DNA of 53,417 nucleotides from a virus (lineage: Duplodnaviria; Caudoviricetes): positions 1 through 53,417 of IMG/VR virus record IMGVR_UViG_3300032278_000010; one strand, given 5' to 3'. Position numbers and translations under genes: made by a program. Each line of letters opens with the position of its first letter. Positions within the stretch are counted from its first letter, which is position 1. The notes under the pieces were generated by a model. That model was not told the DNA's origin and did not search any database. It saw only the letters and a program-made list of their open reading frames with translations. Below are positions 46,512 to 53,417 of this stretch, piece by piece.

Positions 46512-46874
46512 ATGGCGACAAAAAAGGATAAAAAGGCGGAAGAAGATAGGATAGCAACAGCATTTTTTATGCTTGCCAAAGTCATCGACCAGAACACCGC
46601 CATGTTTAAGGCGTTTATCGACATGATTTCGGCGAAAGAAGAAGAGGAACGAAAAGCCCCGCTCAAACAGGAAACCCCTTCCAGTAACATTTCTAAAGAC
46701 CAGATCAAAGACGTTCTCATCCAGATCAACAAAACTTGCGGAACAGAAAAAGCAAGAAAATTTCTCGACTCGTTTGACGCGAAATCCATCAGCGAAGTCG
46801 CGCCCGCCAGTTATGATATTTTTATGAAAAGTGGAACCTACATGGTGAACCATCATAAAGGGGACGTAATATGA
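46512..46874 (+). CDS. small protein typical upstream of DUF2800
   Basis: FLDSFDAKSISEVAPASY C-terminal pattern; GGAG SD before MATKK. Confidence 0.65.
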   Translation: MATKKDKKAEEDRIATAFFMLAKVIDQNTAMFKAFIDMISAKEEEERKAPLKQETPSSNISKDQIKDVLIQINKTCGTEKARKFLDSFDAKSISEVAPASYDIFMKSGTYMVNHHKGDVI

Positions 46875-48049
46875 ACGACCACAAAAAACACGCACGGCTT
46901 TCCGCCTCCGGGTCCCAAAGATGGTTGGCTTGCCCCGGATCAATTTTACTGGAAGAGTCATACCCCGAAGATGTCGTTTCCGAATTCGCAGAGTACGGAA
47001 CGGCGGGTCACCAACTGGCACAGTTGTGTCTGGAGAAAGAACGCCCCGCAACTTTGTTTGAAGGTCAGGTGTTCAACAAGTCTGAAAATTTCCCTGAAGG
47101 ATTTAAAGTTGACACGGAAATGGCAGATGCAGTTCAAACTTATCTTGACTATTGCAATTCGTTGGGGGAGGGAGAAACCCATATTGAAAAACGGGTTGAC
47201 TTTTCTTTGTATGTCAATGAAGGGTTTGGAACCGCTGATTTCATAAAAGTAAAAGATAATGAAATTCATGTAGTTGATCTGAAAATGGGCAAAGGTGTCA
47301 AGGTTAACGCTATCAACAATACACAAGGAATGTTATACGCTCTTGGCGTAGTTTGGGATTCAAAACTGGCGGATAACGATATTGTCCACATAGCAATTGT
47401 TCAGCCAAGACTAGACCATATAAGTGAATGGTCTCTAACAGTCAATGCATTATTGACATGGGGAGCCGATTCAGTTCGTCCACGGGCAGAACAAGCTTGG
47501 AATGGAGAACCCATTTTCAACCCCGGGGAAACCCAGTGCCGTTTCTGCAAGGCAAAACCTACTTGCAAGGCGTTGGCGGAACATTCGCTGAAAACGGCGA
47601 TGGATACTTTCACTGATATCCCGACCGAAGAAGATCTAAAAGAAGTTCATACGCTCACCCACGCGGAAATCGGCGCCTTGTTGCCAAGAGTCAATACGCT
47701 TGTCAACTGGGCAAAATCTCTGGAAGCTCACGCTTTCAGTGAACTGGACAAAGGTGAAAAAATACCGGGGTACAAACTGGTCATGGGCAGAAGCGGAAAC
47801 CGGAAATGGACAAACGAAGACGACATAGAAAGAAAACTGACTCAAATGGGGGTAAGGAAATCCGAAATGTTTTCCAAGAAACTTTTAACTCCCGCACAAA
47901 TGTGCAAAATTATAAAGAAGAAAGATCTATCGGTAACACAGATAGAAACCTACTGGAATTCACCAGAAGGTAAACCGACGATAGCAGTGGAATCCGATTC
48001 AAGGGATGAAATATGGCCCTCAACTGATTTTACTGATATCGAAACTTAA
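46871..48049 (+). CDS. DUF2800 Cas4-like nuclease
   Basis: HARLSAS..RWLACPGS, FGTAD, DLKMGKG, QGMLYALG, IVQPR, CRFCKAK. Confidence 0.9.
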   Translation: MNDHKKHARLSASGSQRWLACPGSILLEESYPEDVVSEFAEYGTAGHQLAQLCLEKERPATLFEGQVFNKSENFPEGFKVDTEMADAVQTYLDYCNSLGEGETHIEKRVDFSLYVNEGFGTADFIKVKDNEIHVVDLKMGKGVKVNAINNTQGMLYALGVVWDSKLADNDIVHIAIVQPRLDHISEWSLTVNALLTWGADSVRPRAEQAWNGEPIFNPGETQCRFCKAKPTCKALAEHSLKTAMDTFTDIPTEEDLKEVHTLTHAEIGALLPRVNTLVNWAKSLEAHAFSELDKGEKIPGYKLVMGRSGNRKWTNEDDIERKLTQMGVRKSEMFSKKLLTPAQMCKIIKKKDLSVTQIETYWNSPEGKPTIAVESDSRDEIWPSTDFTDIET

Positions 48050-48068
48050 AACCGTAAAGGAGTATAAG

Positions 48069-48695
48069 ATGGTTGCATTAACAAAAGACGAAAAAGATTT
48101 GTTGACCGTTGTAACAGGGGATGAAAACTCCCCGGCTAGAATTTCCTACGCCAAAATTTTCAAACCGGAAAAGAACGATCTTTCGGGAAAAGACGAGTAT
48201 TCCTGCATGATCCTGATTCCGAAATCCGACACCCAAACGGTGACTGCTATAAAGCAAGCCATCAAATTTGCTATCAAGGGAAAATGGGGAGACAAACAAC
48301 CCAACGGTGTGCGGATTCCTCTCCGGGATGGCGACAAAAGTGGCACCGGAAATGGAGGCCCCATAGGAGTCCCTTCCGGCGCCCAAGCGGGACAGGCTCC
48401 ATACGGAGACCACTACTTCCTCAACTGCAAGAATACCCAACGTTTTAAAATTGTCGATCAAAAACGTAGAGAGTTTATGGATGAAGACGGGATCGTGTCG
48501 GGAGATTACGTCCGTGTTTCAATCAACGCTTTTGCTTACGACAACAAAAGCAAAGGAGTTTCTTTCGGGTTGAACGGAGTTCAGCTTGTAAGAAAAGGCG
48601 AACCTCTCGGAAGCTCTTTCAGCGTACAGAACGTGTTTCAAGATATCCCTGAACAGAAAAACGTTGATAATACTGTTGACGATATGCTTGCGTAA
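48069..48695 (+). CDS. DUF2815 phage ssDNA-binding protein
   Basis: RISYAKIF, LIPKSD, PLRDGD, SGDYVR, GVSFGLNGVQ...GEPL; AAGGAG SD before MVALT. Confidence 0.9.
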   Translation: MVALTKDEKDLLTVVTGDENSPARISYAKIFKPEKNDLSGKDEYSCMILIPKSDTQTVTAIKQAIKFAIKGKWGDKQPNGVRIPLRDGDKSGTGNGGPIGVPSGAQAGQAPYGDHYFLNCKNTQRFKIVDQKRREFMDEDGIVSGDYVRVSINAFAYDNKSKGVSFGLNGVQLVRKGEPLGSSFSVQNVFQDIPEQKNVDNTVDDMLA

Positions 48696-48784
48696 AACAG
48701 GCCATTTTCGCCAATACCCTACTATGCCTTTGGTCGAGTTCTGGCATTGTAGGGTATCTGGCGAAGCCTTTTTTTTAGGAAAAC

Positions 48785-50839
48785 TTGAAAATGATAAAAA
48801 CATCACTAGATTTCGAAACTTATTCAGAATGCGACATTAGAAAGGCGGGGGCGTGGGCATACGCTACGCACGAATCTACGAGGGTTATATGCATGGCGTA
48901 TGCCTACAGCGAGGACGCCCCGCAACTTTGGCTACCGGATAAACCCCTCCCGGATTTTTTATCCGCCCCAAATCAATATGAAATCCACGCGTGGAATTCA
49001 TTTTTTGAATGGGTTATATGGACCCACGTACTTAAACTTCCTACACCCCCCATTACACAATGGTACGACACGGCGTCTCTTGCTTCCGCAATGGCGTTGC
49101 CAAGGTCTCTTGGAGAATGTGGGTACGTGTTAGGAATGCCGGAAGATAAAATGAAAAACAAACGCGGGTATTACCTGATAAGCAGATTGTCAAAACCACA
49201 TAAAGAAAACGACGACCCGGAACTGTTAAAAGAGATGTACGCGTACTGTAAGCAAGACGTAATAACGGAAAGAGCTATCTCTAAAAAATTGTGTGGTTTA
49301 AACGAGACCGAAAGAAAAATATGGGTGATGGATCAGGATATAAACATTCGGGGTATTAAAGTTGATACACCCATGTTAAAAGACGCTATGTCGGTGTACG
49401 AAACGATCCAAAACCAGTTGGCGGAAAAATTAAAAAAATTGACCGGGTTGGATAACCCGAACAGCCAGAAACAGTTTTTAGGTTGGCTTCTCGATCAAGG
49501 AGTAGTGGTAAACAACATTCAAAAAGCAACCCTAAAAAATATTTTGGAAACCCCGGACAAACACGGTGTCCACGAAGCAGTGAAACTAAAATTATCCTTG
49601 GCAAAAACAGCCCCTAAAAAATACATTTCAATAAAAGAACGTTTGGGGCGCGGAACCCGACTGCATGGAAACATCATGTACCACGGGGCGTCCACAGGCC
49701 GATGGGCTTCAACGGGTGTCAACCTTCAGAACATAGCTCGACCTACTCTGGACCCGGAAATGTGTATTGATATGATCCGTCAAAAAGATCTGGAACTTTT
49801 TAGGATGACGGACACCGACCCCATGGAAGCGTTGAGTAGCGCCGTCCGGGGGACACTCATTCCAAGTGAAGGAAAAAAATTTATAGTCGGGGATTACGCG
49901 TCGATAGAATCCCGCGTCCTCGCATGGTTAGCGGGTCAACAAGACAAGCTTGATATTTTTTCCGGACACGGAAAAATTTATGAACATTCAGCTTCAAAAA
50001 TTTTTAGAAAACCAATAGAAGACATAACAAAAGAGGAACGGTTTCTAGGGAAAATCGCCGAACTGGCTTGCGGGTACGGTGGGGGAGTCAGAGCATTCAG
50101 CGTGATGGCAAAAAATTACGGGGTAGATATCCCCCGCAAACAAGCTGAAAAACTGAAACAGGAATGGAGAAAATCGAATAAAGCTATTGTTGATTTCTGG
50201 TGGGCTTTAGAAGAGGCCGCAAAAGACGCCATATGGAATAACAAGATAACTACAATCACCCGTCAAGGCAAAAAAATACCCGGAGTTATTCCGGCTGAAT
50301 ACGGAGTAACATTGTGGATGCAACACAATTTCCTCTGGTGTCGTTTACCCTCGGGAAGAAACCTCGCCTATTACAGACCGCATTGCGCGATGAAAAAAAT
50401 CCTATGTTATAAAATACCGCCGACAGGGGGCGACCCGGAATTGACGTTTTTATACAACCCCATAGACTATAAATCGAAACAGCACTTTCTCGACGAGGCA
50501 GAAGAAGCAGAAGGTGAGCCGTTTGAATTCGAAGCTATGAACATAACTTTTTTCGGGACGGATTCCATAACCAGAAAATGGTGCAAACGAGATACATTCG
50601 GTGGTAAACTGGCGGAAAATGTAACCCAAGCAGTCGCTCGGGATATCATGGCGGAAGCCATGCTTGTGCTAGAAAAAGAAAGGTACGACATCGTGTTAAC
50701 TGTTCACGACGAAATAATATCGGAGGTCAAAAATGGAGATGTCAAAAGATTTAAAACAATTATGGAGAATGCACCTGAATGGGCAAAAACATTACCAATC
50801 ACCGTCGAAGCTTACGAAGCAACAAGATACCGAAAATAA
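48785..50839 (+). CDS. family A DNA polymerase (APSE/SPO2-like)
   Basis: LDFETYS, YCKQDV, GASTGRW, QNIAR, DYASIE, RFLGKIAELACGYGG, ENVTQAVARD, VHDE. Confidence 0.95.
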   Translation: MKMIKTSLDFETYSECDIRKAGAWAYATHESTRVICMAYAYSEDAPQLWLPDKPLPDFLSAPNQYEIHAWNSFFEWVIWTHVLKLPTPPITQWYDTASLASAMALPRSLGECGYVLGMPEDKMKNKRGYYLISRLSKPHKENDDPELLKEMYAYCKQDVITERAISKKLCGLNETERKIWVMDQDINIRGIKVDTPMLKDAMSVYETIQNQLAEKLKKLTGLDNPNSQKQFLGWLLDQGVVVNNIQKATLKNILETPDKHGVHEAVKLKLSLAKTAPKKYISIKERLGRGTRLHGNIMYHGASTGRWASTGVNLQNIARPTLDPEMCIDMIRQKDLELFRMTDTDPMEALSSAVRGTLIPSEGKKFIVGDYASIESRVLAWLAGQQDKLDIFSGHGKIYEHSASKIFRKPIEDITKEERFLGKIAELACGYGGGVRAFSVMAKNYGVDIPRKQAEKLKQEWRKSNKAIVDFWWALEEAAKDAIWNNKITTITRQGKKIPGVIPAEYGVTLWMQHNFLWCRLPSGRNLAYYRPHCAMKKILCYKIPPTGGDPELTFLYNPIDYKSKQHFLDEAEEAEGEPFEFEAMNITFFGTDSITRKWCKRDTFGGKLAENVTQAVARDIMAEAMLVLEKERYDIVLTVHDEIISEVKNGDVKRFKTIMENAPEWAKTLPITVEAYEATRYRK

Positions 50840-50930
50840 CTGGACGGGTGAAGACGTCGGCCCAACCTACACCCACAGAAAAATTCGTTACCATGATGGT
50901 AAAACAAAAGGGCCAAAACCTAGCTGAAAC

Positions 50931-51362
50931 ATGGCAAAAAGAGGGAAAGAAGAAATGCAAAAAATCAGTGAAGCGCAAATCGAAAAGAAAGTCACGGAAC
51001 ACGCGAAAAAAGCGGGGTGGCTGAGTTATAAATGGGTCAGCCCGTCACAACGATGGGTTCCTGACCGCTTGTATTTCAAGAATGGGCAGGTTAAAATGAT
51101 TGAATTTAAAGCTCCCGGGAAGTTTCCCACAAGAGGGCAAGCTATTATTCACAAAATACTCCGAAGAGAGGGATTAACCGTTCACGTGATCGACACCGTT
51201 GAAAAAGGAGTAGCACTATTCGAAATACAAGAAGAGTCAGACCCTTCATTGGAGAACCCGATTTCTTCATTTCCAAAGACGGAGAAATCTATTCCTTGGC
51301 AAGAAAAAACGGGCTATACAGAAGAAAATCAAGTTTCACCAGAGAAGGCTACAAAAAAATAA
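50931..51362 (+). CDS. VRR-NUC domain nuclease
   Basis: EAQIE, KWVSP, VPDRL, IEFKAPG, VHVID; likely start MQKISE at 50955; tail after about 51230 probably out of frame. Confidence 0.85.
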   Translation: MAKRGKEEMQKISEAQIEKKVTEHAKKAGWLSYKWVSPSQRWVPDRLYFKNGQVKMIEFKAPGKFPTRGQAIIHKILRREGLTVHVIDTVEKGVALFEIQEESDPSLENPISSFPKTEKSIPWQEKTGYTEENQVSPEKATKK

Positions 51363-51721
51363 GGCTGAGAAAAGATGGAGAATCGTTTAGAGTTCACAGA
51401 GAAGTTTTAAAAGCGTTTGATAGGCTTCCAGAGCCGGGAGAAATTTGTCGCCATCTGGACGGAAACCCGGCGAACAATAACATAAATAATTTAAAATGGG
51501 GAAATCACAAAGAGAACGCCCAAGACTGTATCCGCCACGGCAGAAACGCATTTTCAAGATTCGGAGAAGACTCCCCAGTTTGTAAATACACGGACAAAGT
51601 AATACAAGATGTAAGACAGATGAAAAAAGACGGCGCAACTCACAGTGAAATCGTGCAGAAATACAAGATGTCAAAATCGCACGTTTCGTATATTGTCAAC
51701 AAGAAAACCAGAACACAATAG
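51203..51721 (+). CDS. NUMOD4-like/HNH endonuclease with C-terminal HTH (start uncertain)
   Basis: VHREVLKAF, RHLDGNPANNNINNLKW...EN; in-frame upstream RPFIGEPDFFISKDGEIYS. Confidence 0.8.
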   Translation, partial: KRSSTIRNTRRVRPFIGEPDFFISKDGEIYSLARKNGLYRRKSSFTREGYKKIRLRKDGESFRVHREVLKAFDRLPEPGEICRHLDGNPANNNINNLKWGNHKENAQDCIRHGRNAFSRFGEDSPVCKYTDKVIQDVRQMKKDGATHSEIVQKYKMSKSHVSYIVNKKTRTQ

Positions 51722-51730
51722 GAGAAGAAT

Positions 51731-52129
51731 ATGTTCGGATGGGGCGACGCAGTTAAAGGAGTTACCGATTTAGTAGGTCAGTTTGTCGAAGATAAAGACA
51801 AGGCGAACGAACTTGAAACGGCGATAAAAAATAAACTTGTCAGCCTTGAACAAGAAGTGGTAAAAGCTCAACGGGATATTATAGTTGCCGAAGCAAGCAG
51901 TCAAAGTTTTATCGCAAGCAACTGGCGTCCGATTATGATGCTGACGTTTGTTTTCATCATAGCTAACAACTATATTCTGTTTCCTTATGTCCAGTTGTTT
52001 GGGGGGACGGCATTGGAATTAGAAATCCCGGAAGCTATGTGGGGGCTTCTGAAAATCGGCGTTGGGGGATATGTTGTGGGGCGAAGTGGCGAAAAAATGG
52101 TTGAGTCCTACGCTAAAAACAGGAATTGA
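51731..52129 (+). CDS. 3-TM (GTA-type) holin
   Basis: EDKDKANEL, AEA...SFIASNWRP, GGYVVGRS.EK. Confidence 0.85.
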   Translation: MFGWGDAVKGVTDLVGQFVEDKDKANELETAIKNKLVSLEQEVVKAQRDIIVAEASSQSFIASNWRPIMMLTFVFIIANNYILFPYVQLFGGTALELEIPEAMWGLLKIGVGGYVVGRSGEKMVESYAKNRN

Positions 52130-52131
52130 TT

Positions 52132-52185
52132 TTAATTTGTTTTTAATGTTCGGTTAACATGACGTTAATGTTGGTGCGCTATACT
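52132..52185 (+). promoter_or_regulatory. four TTAA at 11-bp period plus TATACT -10
   Basis: TTAA at 52132, 52143, 52154, 52165; TATACT at 52180. Confidence 0.7.
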
Positions 52186-52213
52186 GGATACAATATAAAT
52201 CGAGGGATAAAAA

Positions 52214-52405
52214 ATGAAATTTCCAAATTGTGAATTATGCGGAAAGAACCATGGGAGACACGTAGGCGAATGTGATGTTCAAGAAAGCAGTACCGATAGA
52301 TATCTCTATCGGAATAAAATATTATGTGATCCTTGTGTATCGGACTTAAATTACGAAGATTACAGAGTTAGGTCGTCGAACCCAACGACTAAAAAGATTT
52401 TCTAG
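52214..52405 (+). CDS. small zinc-finger protein
   Basis: CELC...CDPC. Confidence 0.6.
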   Translation: MKFPNCELCGKNHGRHVGECDVQESSTDRYLYRNKILCDPCVSDLNYEDYRVRSSNPTTKKIF

Positions 52406-52429
52406 GAAAGAATAAAACAGGAATTAACA

Positions 52430-52627
52430 ATGGACTCAGATCGCCCAGACCCTAATTTATGTGTTTTGTGCGAACTGGATTTCAGGTCTTCATGGACAAA
52501 AGAACGGATACAAAAAATAGAAGAAGCGGAACGAATGTTCCCGATGGTAGATATTCATCTTCCAATCTGTTTTAGCTGTTACAACAAACTGGATGCGAGA
52601 CTCCCGTATCGGGCATCAATGAACTAA
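52430..52627 (+). CDS. small zinc-finger protein
   Basis: CVLC...CFSC. Confidence 0.6.
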   Translation: MDSDRPDPNLCVLCELDFRSSWTKERIQKIEEAERMFPMVDIHLPICFSCYNKLDARLPYRASMN

Positions 52628-52640
52628 CTAGAGGGACAGG

Positions 52641-53417
52641 ATGAAAAGGCGAACGTACAAAGAACTTCACCAGTACCAGTTGGGCATGATCGACTGGATG
52701 CTGAACAATGAGAAGTGCGCTTTATGGGCGGGCGTAGGACTTGGGAAAACCGTTACCGCACTCACCGCTCTGGACAAACTTCTCAAACAGAAACAAATCC
52801 AAAAAATTCTTGTGATCGCTCCGCTCCGGGTCGCAAAATTTGTCTGGCCTAACGAACCCTCTCAATGGGAACATCTAGGCCATATCAAATGCACCGTATT
52901 ACACGGCACCCGGGCAGAACGGGAACGTCTTCTGGAGTCCCCGGTTCCCATCCATGTGGTCAACAAGGAAATGGTGCAGTGGCTGATAAAAACTATGATC
53001 GAACGGAAAACATGGCCTTACGACTGCGTAGTGATCGACGAATCCTCGGCGTTCAAAAATCCCCGCTCCAAACGGATGAAATTCCTCAAGATGGCGAACC
53101 ATAAGATCAACCGCATGATCCAGTTGACGGGAACGCCCGCCTCCAATGGATTACTGGATATCTGGTCACAGATGTACCTTCTGGATAATGGAGACCGATT
53201 GGGACGGACTTTTACCCTGTACAAAGATACTTATTTCGATTCTGACTACATGGGTTATAACTGGACTCCGAAAGAGGGGGCAAAGGAACGGATTTACCAG
53301 AGAATAGCGGATAAGTGCCTGACCCTGAAAAAAGAGGATTATCTGGAACTTCCGAAGTGCAATAAGAATATCATTTATCTGGATATGGAAGGTAGATTTT
53401 TACAGCAATACAGGGAA
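52641..53417 (+). CDS. SNF2-family helicase, 3'-truncated (not in track)
   Basis: Manual translation: LHQYQ, GVGLGKT, LVIAPLRVA, VVIDESS, LTGTPASNG. Confidence 0.92.
   Translation, partial: MKRRTYKELHQYQLGMIDWMLNNEKCALWAGVGLGKTVTALTALDKLLKQKQIQKILVIAPLRVAKFVWPNEPSQWEHLGHIKCTVLHGTRAERERLLESPVPIHVVNKEMVQWLIKTMIERKTWPYDCVVIDESSAFKNPRSKRMKFLKMANHKINRMIQLTGTPASNGLLDIWSQMYLLDNGDRLGRTFTLYKDTYFDSDYMGYNWTPKEGAKERIYQRIADKCLTLKKEDYLELPKCNKNIIYLDMEGRFLQQYRE

Noticed and set aside
192-53417. Stop-codon reassignment
   Set aside because: Conserved genes are full length under the standard code and TAA, TAG and TGA all end genes

Overview
Phage DNA in two compositionally distinct parts. (1) About 1-44.7 kb is an AT-rich N4-like (Schitoviridae-type) genome that appears to span the physical genome ends. 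It holds the C-terminal part of a giant virion RNA polymerase with an embedded SF1B helicase domain, then a minus-strand replication block (RuvC-like resolvase, SSB, AAA ATPase, primase, PD-(D/E)XK nuclease, Dda-like helicase, family A DNA polymerase, VWA/metallopeptidase plus MoxR ATPase, ATP-dependent ligase). Next come a T7-type RNAP II encoded as one fused polypeptide and an early region with seven C-GTA-G hairpin promoters. Several highly structured non-coding stretches (one about 490 nt) and a tRNA-like gene with an elongated anticodon arm lie in these minus-strand regions. The plus-strand late block holds two RepL-like proteins, a gp69-like protein, FabZ, TerL, tail and tail-fibre cassettes, and a chain of membrane microproteins. 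(2) From about 44.8 kb to the end is a visibly more GC/CpG-rich APSE-like module (amidase, DUF2800, DUF2815 SSB, a second family A polymerase, VRR-NUC, HNH, 3-TM holin, SNF2 helicase). It carries two identically built TTAA-N7 promoter arrays and is either a real mosaic or an assembly chimera. All protein calls come from motifs and synteny read by eye; no database searches or RNA folding were run.
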